A stretch of DNA of 64,000 nucleotides from Mobula hypostoma (lineage: Eukaryota): NCBI RefSeq assembly GCF_963921235.1, contig NC_086097.1, positions 213,592,001-213,656,000 on the forward strand, read 5' to 3'. The position numbers and the translations under genes are program-made. A model generated the notes under the pieces. It was not told the origin of the DNA and did not search any database. It was given only the letters and a program-made list of their open reading frames with translations. This document shows positions 1-11,699 of this stretch, one piece after another (the stretch's first letter is position 1; each line of letters opens with the position of its first letter).

Positions 1-6
1 GTAAGA
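1..6 (+). promoter_or_regulatory. CHD7: Probable 5' splice donor (GTAAGA) opening the CHD7 intron 1-10346
   Basis: Window begins GTAAGAG. No CHD7-like coding sequence is seen before the acceptor at 10346. The upstream exon lies outside the window. Confidence 0.6.
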
Positions 7-229
7 GTTTATTCTGTTTGGAGTCATAGATCATAGTGATACATCATTCGGTGTGATGGTGCTATTAAATGGCAACTCTTTGTGTGTGGCTCCGATGGGA
101 ATTATCAAATATTCCCAGTTAGGACTATGGCTGAAGTCCACAGTCACAGCCATGGGGACTTAAGTAAGCAGCATTGTTTTAAGATATTTAAAAATTCTAT
201 TAATACAGAAAGTTGGGTGGGGGGGGGGT

Positions 230-1250
230 CGCGTGCAGGTCTTACAGATACGATTGAAACACAGGGGCCTTGGACTTCTACTCCTGACTGCCCTGCCAAC
301 AAATGTACCATCTCTGGAAAATACAATTGAAGACTTCAACAAGATTGCTGTACCAGAGGGACATCAAAGACGGATGTGTTCCCTGCGCAAACGTGGCTTA
401 CACCTGCAATTTCAGACACAGTGCTTCACCATTCTCTGCAGAGCCAGGACAGCTCTGTCTTCTAAAGGCAGAGGAGATGGATTAGCTCATCATGGTGCAC
501 AAAACTGGCTCTTCTGTCTCAGTCCTTCTCGTCCCACCTGGAATGTCTAGCGGCCAAATGGTGTCTGTTTTATCTGCTGAGAGAATTTTCCACCATCATC
601 TTGGTAGCAGTCTACATTCCACCTTGGCCAACATCAGGCAGGCACAGGGGGAGTTGAACAACATATTCGGCTGGCACAAAACTGATGCCCTCCCTATCTT
701 TGCGGGAGATTGAAACCAGGCCAGCTGGAAGAAGTCTGAGTGACTACCACCACTGATCACCTGTGGAACCAACACACCTGACCACTGTTATACCACCACC
801 AGCCATGCTTACCATGCTATCCCATGCCCACACATTAGAAAGCCCGATTACTTGGCACAAATTCTAGTAACAGTATGTAGGCAGAAACTAAAGCCTGCAG
901 CACCAGTGGCGAGGACCAAGAAAGTATCTTCACGGGAAGCAGAGAAGCCCTAATAGGACTGCCTTGAGTTGGTGGACAGGATAATATTCAAGGATTCATC
1001 TTCGAGTCTGAATGAATACACTCTAGTTGTCACTGACTTCATCAGGTCCTTTGTGGATAAGTGTATGCCTCTTGTGAACATTCTGGACATACTCAAACCA
1101 AAAGCTGTGGATAAACCATAAGATCTGTAGTCTGCTGAGGGCTAGATCAAGACAGGTGATCCAGAACTATACAAGAAATCCAAGTATGACCTATGGAAGG
1201 CTATTTCAAGAGTGAAAAACAATTCTGATTGAGGTTAGAGATGGAATCAA
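230..1250 (+). mobile_element. Degenerate Rex1/Babar-clade LINE, 5' part (AP endonuclease), split by L1 insertion
   Basis: Remnant translations NVxSLENxIED, LLYQRDI, REFSTIILVAVYIP, AGD, DHCYT. Continues collinearly after the L1 at 7118. Confidence 0.75.
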
Positions 1251-1404
1251 GGGACTTCCGGTAGCGCTCATGGAGTGAAGTTGCATTCTTGACTTGCTCC
1301 ATTACCTCTGAGTTTTTTTTCTTATGATCAGCTATATTTTAATTAACCATTAAGGCATCAACTTTTACAATACTTTGAAATAAATTGGGCTCTCCGATAA
1401 CTGG

Positions 1405-2268
1405 ATGCGTTTAAGGTCTGCTATGTCTAAGAATGGGAAAAACGGGAAGGATGGCAAACCTCCGGTTAAACCGAAAGGTATTGATTTCCCTCCGACTGAA
1501 CCACCGGTGACTTTGAAAGCTATATCGGAGTTAATTCAAAGGGAAATTTCAACCTCTGTTACGGAGCTGATTCGTGCGGAAATTTCAATTAATTTCCAGA
1601 AAATTGCCGATTCAATCGATAAGACACAAACATCTATTACGGAACATCAGTCGGCTATATCTGATCTTCAAAAATCCACGCAACAAAGTGAGCTTAAGAT
1701 GGGGAAAATCGAAGAAACAATTAATGTAATGAAGAAGAAACTTGACTTTCTGACCTTTAAAAACTCTGACTTAGAATCTAGGATGCGACGGCAGAATCTA
1801 CGAATGATTGGGGTGCGTGAAGCTGTTGAATCGGATAACCCTATGAAGTATTTTTCTCAACTTTTAAAAGATGCATTTCCTACTGTATTTCCTGACCAAC
1901 CACCATTATTGGATCGTGTTCACAGAGTTCCATCATACTCGCCTAGGTCAGATAAACCTAGGCATGTCATTTTACGGTTTCATTACTTTCAAGACAAGGA
2001 AAAACTGTTTCGATTCGTTCGATCTAAAGGTTTCATTGATTTTTTGGATCTTAAGTTCCGATTCGTGGAAGATTTCAGTAAACCAATTCGGGATCAACGG
2101 GTTCGTTACAGATCTGTGATGTCGGAACTCTACAAGATGGATTTAAGACCAGCGCTTCTTTACCCTGCATGTTTAAGGATTCGTACGTTGGATGGAGCCC
2201 TCCGTTTTTTTGACTCTCCGTCGGATGCCCAGAGTTATCTGGATCAATTTTCACCTTCAACATTTTAA
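1405..2268 (+). CDS. L1 ORF1p (coiled coil, RRM, CTD), intact
   Basis: 287-aa open frame with a heptad region, then DLESRMRRQNLRMIGVRE, DRVHRV, PRHVILRF, EDFS, LLYPA motifs typical of L1 ORF1. The start could be 1423. Confidence 0.9.
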   Translation: MRLRSAMSKNGKNGKDGKPPVKPKGIDFPPTEPPVTLKAISELIQREISTSVTELIRAEISINFQKIADSIDKTQTSITEHQSAISDLQKSTQQSELKMGKIEETINVMKKKLDFLTFKNSDLESRMRRQNLRMIGVREAVESDNPMKYFSQLLKDAFPTVFPDQPPLLDRVHRVPSYSPRSDKPRHVILRFHYFQDKEKLFRFVRSKGFIDFLDLKFRFVEDFSKPIRDQRVRYRSVMSELYKMDLRPALLYPACLRIRTLDGALRFFDSPSDAQSYLDQFSPSTF

Positions 2269-2978
2269 TTGTAATTTTTTAACTATCTCCGTTGATCGGA
2301 GGCTTTGAATTTGTCGGTCTTAATTTTTTTTTGCCCTATTTGGGCAGAAAAGTTTATTTTTGATTACTTAATATGGTTGCTAAACTTTCTTTTTAACTGC
2401 GTCATTTCTTTCTTTTTCCCAGGGGATTCTGGGTGGTTACTTCCTTATTGTCTTTTTACGTATTTCCTTTGTGGCCTTAAATTTTGTAGTTTTTTTTAAA
2501 ATCTATTTTGTTTTGTAGGTTTTTATAACTAGTTTATGTTAATAATCTTTTTTTTTGTTTTGTTTATTCATGGGTCTGGGGTTTATTGCGGTTTTTTTTA
2601 TATATTTTCTGGCTTTTATTCTGTTATGTGTTTATTTTAATTGAGTTATCTTTTTTTTTATTCTTTTACTGTTTTATAATCAGCTGATCTTTTTTATATT
2701 TACACTTTTTTTTTTAGGGAGCGTTTACCGGAAGTCATGGGGGTAGTTTTAGTGCTTGCTTTCGGTCTGGTCTGCGTTAGATTTAGCCTTGGGGTCATGG
2801 GGTGGGGGGTGGTGGGAGGGGCTTCACGTTTTAGTTTCTTTCTTCTTGGACTATATACATTATTGAAGTATTGGTTGCGTTCTTCTTCCCGGTATCTCTT
2901 GTATGTTCTGTTCCCTCTCCGGGTTTGTGGGTCGAGCCTATCGTCAATCCTTCTTGTTGTGGGTTGACTTTAGGGTTT

Positions 2979-5900
2979 ATGGAGTCTATTATTAATTTTG
3001 TCTCCTGGAATACTAATGGTCTTAATCATCCTATTAAAAGGAAAAAAGCTTTTAAAGTGTTCCGGAGACTTAAAGCACAAATTTTATTCTTACAAGAGAC
3101 CCATGTGCGGAGGGGGGAACAGACTACGTTTTTTTAAATTCTGGAAGGGACAACAGTTTCATTCGAACTCCAATGCTAAGATTCAAGGCGTCTCTATTTT
3201 TATAGACTCCTCAGTTACTTTTATACACATGATATTATTTCTGATCCGAATGGTAGATTTCTATTGGTTAGTGGTTTACTATTTAATAAAAAAGTAGTTT
3301 TGGTTAATGTTTATGCTCCTAATATGGACTGTCCGGAATTTTATAAATCATTATTTAATCAGTTTCCGAATTTGAATGAGTTTTCATTGATCTGGGGCGG
3401 AGATCTTAATACCTGTTTGTCTCCAGCTTTGGACCGTTCGGCTCCTTTACGGACCTTACCTAATAAATCTGCAACTTTGATTAATTCATTCCTTTCTGAT
3501 TCTGGGTCGACGGACATTTGGCGCTTTTTGCATCCTCAGGAAAAAGATTTTTCTTTTTTTTCACATGTTCATCATTCCTATTCAAGAATTGATTATTTCT
3601 TTATTGATTCTCGTCTTATTTCCTCAGTGATTAAATGTGATTATGACTCTATAACCATTTCGGATCATGCTCCACTTAAGCTTTCTATTAAAATTCTGGC
3701 CAATATACAAAATAATAGACAATGGCGTTTTAATTCGCTGTTGCTTCAGGACTCGGACTTTGTTAATTTTATGAATGAACAGATTGATCTTTTTTTTACA
3801 ATTAACCATACAGAGGATATTTCTGTTAACACTCTTTGGGACACTTTTAAAGCTTATATTCGTGGTCAGATTATCTCGTATTCTGCTGCTTTGAGGAAGA
3901 AGCAGAAGCAGGAGGAGTTGGTAATTGTGGACAAGATTAAGGAAATTGATAAGAAATATGTTATAGCTCCTTCTGAGGAGTTATATAAACAAAGAACTGA
4001 ACTTCAAATGGAACACAGTTTATTACTCTCGTCCTCGATTGTAAACCAATTAAAGAAAACAAGAAGTGAATTTTATGTACACAGTGACAAAATTGGCAAA
4101 CTGTTGGCTAATCAATTGAAGTCTAATTATGCTAAATCTCAAATTAATCAGATTTATAACCAAAATGATCGACTGATACTTGATCATGTGGGGATTAATC
4201 AAACCTTCTGTGATTTTTTTAACTCTTCCTTATATCAATCAGAGTCTCCTCGAGATTCTAAATATATGAATGATTTTTTAGATAATTTAGACTTCCCTGA
4301 GATTTCACAGGATATGGCTTCTATGTTAGATACTCCCATTACCATGGATGAGATTAAGAATGTTATTTTCTCCATGAATTTGGGGAAAGCTCCTGGCCCT
4401 GATGGGTTTACCGTAGAATTTTATAAATGTTTTGCTCCTTCATTAATCCCTTGGCTCTGTAGGGTTTTTGAGGCTTCATTGAAACTTGGTAAACTTCCTG
4501 AATCTTTTAATAGAGCGTCAATTTCTTTAATATTAAAGAAGGATAAAGATCCTGCTCAATGTGCATCTTATAGACCAATATCTTTATTAAATGTTGAGTC
4601 TAAAGTTTTTTCTAAGTTATTAGCAAATAGATTAGAAAAAGTACTTCCCTCTATTATTTCGGAAGACCAAACGGGTTTTATTAAAGGTCGTTACTCTTTT
4701 TATAATATTCGTACACTGTTAAATATTGTTTGTACTCCCTCACAAAATGTTCCTGAGTGTGTTATCTCTTTAGATGCCGAGAAAGCTTTTGATAGAGTAG
4801 AATGGCCTTATTTATTTAAGGTGCTTGAAATGTTTAATTTTAGCTCGAAAGTTATATCCTGGATTAAACTCTTATATTATTCTCCTGTGGCCTCGGTCCG
4901 TACTAACTCTTTAAGTTCACCTTTTTTCCCTCTTTTTCGAGGTACTTGACAAGGTTGTCCTCTTAGTCCCTTATTATTTCATATTGCATTAGAACCTCTT
5001 GCAATTGCCATTCGAGAATCTCCAAATATTACTGGGATAACTCGGGGCTTAAAGTCCCATAAATTATCATTCTATGCTGATGATTTACTTTTATATATTT
5101 CTAATCCTCAAAAATCCATCCCGGCTGTTTTAGAGTTATTAGCACAATTTGGTCTTTTTTCAGGTTATAAATTAAATCTTAGTAAGAGTGAACTCTTTCC
5201 GATTAATAAACAACTTCCCTTCTATTATAAATTTCCATTTAAATTGATTAATAATTATTTTTCATATCTTGGGATTAAAATTACTTGTAAATACAAAGAT
5301 TTATTTAAGACTAACTTTTTACCATTAATAGACCATATTACTCAACTTTCATCTAAATGGTTTCCTTTATATTTAACTTTGATTGGTCGTATTAATGCAG
5401 TTAAGATGTTTTTTTTGCCAAAATTTTTATATATATTTCAGGCATTACCAATCTTTGTTCCAAAATCTTTTTTTGACAAAGTTGACTCTAAAATTTCTTC
5501 ATTTATTTGGCAGAATAAAAACCCGAGGCTGGGTAAAATACATTTACAGAAAGCTAAGAGAGATGGAGGCTTAGCATTACCTAACTTTAGATTTTATTAT
5601 TGGGCAATTAATATTCGACATATGAAATTCTGGTTACTGGACCAGGATATACTATCCATTCCTAAATGGGTAGTATTGGAATTACAATCTGTTCAGGGTT
5701 TTACACTTGGCTCTATTTTAGGTTCCTCTCTTCCTTTTGATTGGAAACGCCTTAAACAGGTGTCTAACCCGATAGTTAAATATACCTTGCGTATTTGGTT
5801 TCAATTCAGAAAATTTTTTGATTTTAATCAATTTGGGTTAGCGATTCCTATTTTAGGTAACATTTTTTCCTCCCTCTTTTACGGATCGTGCTTTTCAAAC

Positions 5901-6756
5901 TTGGAAGACTAAGGGTATTTCACGGTTTTTGGATTTATTTTTAGATGGTTCCCTTATGTCTTTTGAACAATTATCTAATAAATATAACTTATCAAGAATA
6001 CATTTTTTTAGATATCTACAAGTTAGAAATTTCCTAAGTACTATACTTTCTTCCTTTCCAATGCTTCCTCCTACATACATTTTAGATACTATAATCAACC
6101 TTAATCCATGTCAGAAAGGTGCATCGGCTATGATTTATAATATTATTATGAAACTTAGGAAAGCTCCATTTGATAAGATTAGGGTAGATTGGGAACAGGA
6201 ATTGGGGTTTACCATTTCCGTGGATGACTGGGGGCAGATTTTACAATTAGTCAATACTTCCTCTATCTGTGCTAAACATTCCCTAATTCAATTTAAAGTT
6301 GTTCATAGAGCACATATGTCCAAAGATAAGTTAGCGCGCTTTTATTCTCATATTAATCCTTTTTGTGATAGATGTCCGGGGCAGATAGCCTCTTTAACTC
6401 GTATGTTTTGGTCTTGCCCTACTTTGGAAACTTTTTGGAGAGACATTTTTAATATTATCTCCAAGGTATTGAATATAGATATCTCTCCTCACCCTATTAC
6501 TGCTATCTTTGGACTACCTAAAATTTCCAGTAATTTCTCCCCTTCAGCCCGTAGAACGATTGCATTTCTTACTTTAATGGCGAAAAGATGTATCTTACAA
6601 CATTGGAAAGAGCTTAATGCTCCAACTACCTTTTTTTGGTTTTCTCAGACGATATTATGCTTGAATCTGGAGAAAATTAGAAGCAATCTTTATGACTCCT
6701 CATTTAAATTTGAACAGACTTGGAGATCTTTTATTCAATATTTTCATTTAATGTAA
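2979..6756 (+). pseudogene. L1 ORF2p (APE endonuclease, RT, Cys-rich C-terminus), disrupted
   Basis: SWNTNGLN, LQETH, GGDLN, SRIDYFF, SDHAP, PGPDGF, YRPISLLN, LDAEKAFD, QGCPLSP, YADD (5073-5084), CDRC..MFWSC. Frameshifts at ~3115, ~3228 and ~5865; in-frame TGA at 4947-4949 (likely CGA>TGA). Confidence 0.93.
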
Positions 6757-7117
6757 TATATACCCTTCTTGTTTTTTTTACTGTTTTTAATGGAGGTCGG
6801 GATTGAGGACGTGATTTTAAGTTTAACTCTTTGGTTTCAAGTTAGCCCATTGCTTTGCTTTGCTTTTAGTTAGTTGCACGGTGGGTTTTTTTTGGGGGGG
6901 GGTTTCCTTTTCTCTATTGATATATATATATAAAATTAGTATACTATTATGTTACCTTGGTATGTTATGTTTAAATTACATTGTTTGTAGTATCTTTTTT
7001 GTATTAATATCTTCTGTAATTTTATTATATTCTAACAGTGTATTAGTGTCTATATGGCTTACCTTTTTGTATACTTATTTAATAAAAAGACAAAAAGAAA
7101 GAAAGAGATGGAATCAA

Positions 7118-8745
7118 ATTCATATCAGCTCTGGCAGGGTTTGCAAGCCATTACTTCCTACAAAGTGAAACTTAACAATGTGAATGACTATGATGCTTCA
7201 CTCACAGATGAGCTCAACATCTTTTGTGCAAGCTTTGAAAGGCAGATTAAAACTACACCTGTATGAGTCCCTGCATTATCTGGCATGTGATCTCTGTCTT
7301 GGAAGCCAATGTCAGAACATCTTTCAAGAGGGTTAATCCACGCAAGGCAGACTCTGATGGTATATTTGGTAGAGTTCTGAAAATCTTTGCCAGCCAACTT
7401 GTGAAAGTGTTCAGAAACATCTTCAGTCTCTCAACGCTGCATTCAGAAGTTCCACCTGCTTCAAAAGGGTGACAATCTTACTAGTGCCCAAGAAGAACAC
7501 AATGAGTTGCCTCAGTGATTATCACCCAGTGGCACTCACATTTACTGTGATTAAGTGCTTTGAGAGGTTCGCCATGTCAACTCCTGCCTAAGCAAGAACC
7601 TGGATCTGTTGCAATTTGCCTATTGAAGCAATAGGTTTACAACAGATGCAATCTCACTGGCTCTCCACTCTGCCTTGGAGCATCATGACCATGGTAATAA
7701 CTATCTCAAGTTGTTTTTTATTGATTGCAGTTCAGCATTCAACATAACCATAATCAGTTCCAATCAACAAGCTCCAAAGCCTGGGCCTCTGTGCCTCCCT
7801 CTACAGCTGGATCCATGACTTCTTCATTGGGAGACCACAGTTTGTGTGAATCAGAGATAACATCATCTCCTCGCTGACAATCAAAACTGCACCTCAGGGA
7901 TGTGTGCTTAGCCCACTGCTCTACTCTCTACACCCACGATTGTGTGCCTAGACAGAGCTCAAACACTACCTATAAATTTGTTGATTGCAGTTATGGTTAC
8001 CAGAATTTCAGATGATGACAAGGAGGCATATAGAAGTGAGATAGATCAGCTCATTGAGTGGTGTTGCAACAGCAACCCTTGCACTCAATGTCAGTAAGAC
8101 CAAGCATTTGATTATGTGCTTCCGGAAGGTTAATTCAAGGGAACACACACCAATCCGCATGGAGGGTTCAGAAGTGGAAAGTTCTTGGGCTAAGGTATCT
8201 CTGAGGATCTAACCTGGGCCCAACATAATTGATGCAGTTACAAAGAAGGCATGACAGCGGCTATATTTCATTAGTAGTTTGATAAGAATTGGTATGTCAC
8301 TAAAGGCGTGTGCAAATTTCTATAGATGTACCTTGCAGAGCATTGTAACTGGTCGCATCATCATCTGCAATGGAGGGGTCAATGCACTGGATTGGAAAAA
8401 GCAGCAAAAAGTTGTAAACTCAGTCATCTCCATCATGGACACTAGCCTTCCCAGGATCGAGGACACCTTCAAAAGGTGCTGCCTCAAAAGGGCGGCAATC
8501 CATCGCCCAGGATGCGCTGCCTTCTCGTTGCTACCATCAAGGAAGGGGTACAGGAACCTGAAGACATGATCAACATTCTAGGAACAGCTTCTTCCCCTCT
8601 GCCATCAGATTTTTTTTAAATAGACAATGAACCCATGAACACTACCTTGTTATTTTTTTCCTCTCTTGCACTACTTATTACAGTTTTATAAATGTATGTA
8701 GTAATCTATAGTTTATTATGTATTGCTGCCACAACACAAGATTTC
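7118..8745 (+). mobile_element. Degenerate Rex1/Babar-clade LINE, 3' part (RT and 3'UTR)
   Basis: LWQGLQAIT, VNPRKA, PQGCVLSPLLYSL, LNVSKTK and FSLLPS remnants. The final tail appears displaced to ~10051-10085. Confidence 0.8.
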
Positions 8746-10050
8746 AAAGTTCAAAGTACATTTATTATTGAAGTATGTATATACCAAAGTATGGTGCCGA
8801 CTCTCTGGGCGCACCTTGGAAAAAGCGACACAACAGGCTTTTAATATCGTAAATCAGCGAGTTGTTTGTTATGTCTCCCCTCTCACTGTGAAATGGGGAT
8901 ACCTTTTTCCCCTAATTAGGAAGAGAGAGAGGTATGATGAATGACCAGGTGAATGAGTAGTCTTTGGGGTACTGCAAGTCTGTGTCTTTATTGATGCTTT
9001 GCTGCATGCTCGAGTGCTCAATGAAGGGTGCAGATGCTTTTTTGCTTTGTTGCCTTGCTGCTGCTTGTGTGTGGGAGGGGGTACTGAGGGGGGCTTTGGG
9101 GTTCTAATGTTTTAACTATCATTCTTTGGGGCACTCTGTTTTTGTGGATGGTTGTGAAGAAAAAGAATTTCAGGATGTATATTGTATACATTTCTCTGAC
9201 ATTAAATGTACCCATTGAAACCTATATATTGTACAACCTTGATTCATCTCCTTGTTGGCAGCCACAAAACAAAGAAACCCAATGGAACCTATTTTTAAGA
9301 AGCTATCAAATACCCAATGTGCAGAAAAAAAAACAAATTGTGCAAACAACAAAAGTAAGCAAATAGCATTCAGAACTGAAATTCACGAAAGATATGAAGC
9401 CGGCAGCTGATTCAGGAGCCCATTAGTTGCAGGCCACAGCCTCAGTTCAGTGCAGAAACGAGTAAACCTTGCAGAATAGTGAGCTGAACCGGTCTGTTCC
9501 CTCGCCTCCAGCCCTGACACCCTGACCTTTTCAATCTGGCCTGGCACTTAAATCGTCTGAACCTCGGGTTGTCCTTTGCTTTCAGACATGCCAATGTGCT
9601 TCGATGTGCTCTCTGGCCCAGGCCCCACCACCTCAATTCAACTTGCACCTGTCCTTTTCAATTCGGCCTGACGTTTAATCAATCAAACTCGAGTCTTTCC
9701 TTCCTCCCAGGCCTGGACTTTGCCTCGAATCTGCTTCATTGAATCACCTCCAAGTCCGCTCCAGCAATGGCTAAACATTGTTTCATTCTTGTGCCTGGGC
9801 CAAGCCATCTCAATCTGGCCCATAGATGTCATGCCCCTGCAACCATCCTGCACCTTTAAGACTTCAGTTCACGCTGCGATAATGCCAGGTCTTATAGGCT
9901 GTTCAAAAGCTCAACTGCAAAAGGGAAGTAACAGGCTATTGAGTGCAGCGATCGTTTACCAGGAAATGTGTGATGTAATAGTTAGTAATTTTGTTTGTTT
10001 TGTTTGTCACCAGCAAGTAGTCACTGAGCTACACCAGCACCATCGTAAGC
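8746..10050 (-). mobile_element. Non-coding interspersed element with Rex1-type 3' tail, itself interrupted by a + strand SINE-like element (8784-9222)
   Basis: The tail resembles the uninterrupted copy at ~30235-30470. TATATA is duplicated at 8778-8783 and 9223-9228 around the inner element. Confidence 0.5.
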
Positions 10051-10346
10051 ACGACACATGCCTGTGATATTAAATCCGATCCAATATCTTGCCATAAGCT
10101 TGTTGAAATTTTAATTTTATTGTGTTCAGTTTAGAGTAATAACTAGCTAAGTACTCTAATTCAGGTCTTTTATTGCTCCTATTTGGCTGTATTTAAAAAA
10201 GATTGACTTTTAATAGGGCTCTAATTTCCTCACTTGAAATCAAACAGATAAACCAGAGAGCCTTTGCAATTGTTGAAGGTAATAAATGCAATAGAATGAA
10301 AGTAGGTTTACCTTTGATATCTAAATCTGTATGTTTTTCATTGCAG

Positions 10347-10793
10347 GATGATGCAATGAACCTATCAGTTCCAAGACAACGCAGGAGACGGCGAAAGAAG
10401 ATTGAAATAGAAGCTGAGCGAGCTGCAAGACGAAGAAATCTGATGGAGATGGTGGCTCAGCTTCGTGAGTCCCAGGCAGCCTCAGACAGTGGACAGGAAA
10501 GAGCTGTGGATTTATCAAAAGCCTCCAGAGAGGCAAGAAGTTCTACCTCAGTCAGTAACCCTTCTGTTAATCCCAAGTACGTTTTGTCGAACGCCTCTGT
10601 GCCAGTATCAGATGCCTATAAAGCCCATGTTGAAATGCTGCAAGCAGGCCTTTCACGAACACCAACTGGACTTATGATTAATGGTTCACTAGTTGATGGG
10701 GAAATGCCAATAAAAAGGAGAAGAGGAAGGAGGAAAAATGTGGAGGGGCTTGATCTCTTATTTATGAACAACAAACGGACAACATTAAATGCT
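10347..10793 (+). CDS. CHD7: CHD7 coding exon (probably equivalent to human exon 34), 447 bp, phase 0/0
   Basis: ttttcattgcag|GAT acceptor and GCT|gtaagt donor. [43 protein letters not shown]...[18 protein letters not shown] is recognisable CHD7. Confidence 0.96.
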
Positions 10794-11699
10794 GTAAGTA
10801 ATGTTTAAAGGGGAAAAGATCTTGGAATTTTTTGAATTTCTTGTTCATAATTCCCCTAACCCAACCCCATCTTGAGTGAAATCAATTCAAAGTAATGAAC
10901 ATGGCTTTCCTTTTTCATGTGAACGTATTCTTAAAATCTAAGCAGGATTTTCACTTTGTAAACATGAGAAGATAATGGGCAGAAAATATCTTTGGTTTAA
11001 TGCTTTGCAAAAAAGTAGCTGTTTAGCAGCTTTAAATGATCAGAAATGAAACAACGTGCTTCCTATCTAAGTTCTACAGTGAGGTTGTAGAAAATATGGC
11101 ACTTTACGGACAGTGAGCTCCCACAAATAGCAACTTCAAAATAATCAGTTAATTTTTTTTTAGTAAAGTTGATTATTGAAGACTACTGGCCAAGCCACAT
11201 GATGACCTTTTCTTTGAAATGGTGCTATGGGTTATTTTATCTGTATCGGGGCTATTTTCTGTGTCTCGGTTTAAGATCTCAGTTGAAAATAGGTGGGAGA
11301 ATTTTTCTCACTCCACACATTGTAACTCTTGCCGGTGATTCAGAGCGACATCAGCAATAGTTATGACTTTTGTTATGAATCTCATGGTTTACAGCTAAAG
11401 GTAACAAAGCGTGCTATTTTATGCTGTGTCATCCTTTGTCAATCTTTTATTTTTTTGTATTGATGTTCTCATTTTACCACTAAAGATACTCTGCTTCTGG
11501 CTATAGTTATGTTGTGAAGCATTGGTGTATTCTAATCAGAAACTTGGGCAATAAATGTACTGAAATTGGGCTGCTTCCTTAAAGAAATCCAAAATGAATG
11601 TAAAGAATATTTTACATTTTATATTCAGATTATACATGGCCAAATTAAGAAAAATATCATTATTGATTTTTGCCCTAAGGTATTTTTGTTTTGTTCAAT

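Larger units (their letters stand above)
1251..7103 (+). mobile_element. Full-length L1-clade LINE (5'UTR, ORF1, long inter-ORF spacer, ORF2, 3'UTR, A-rich tail)
   Basis: Perfect 14-bp TSD AGAGATGGAATCAA at 1237-1250 and 7104-7117; TT/AGAG target; starts GGG; AATAAA at 7081-7086 followed by an A/AAAG tail. Confidence 0.95.
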
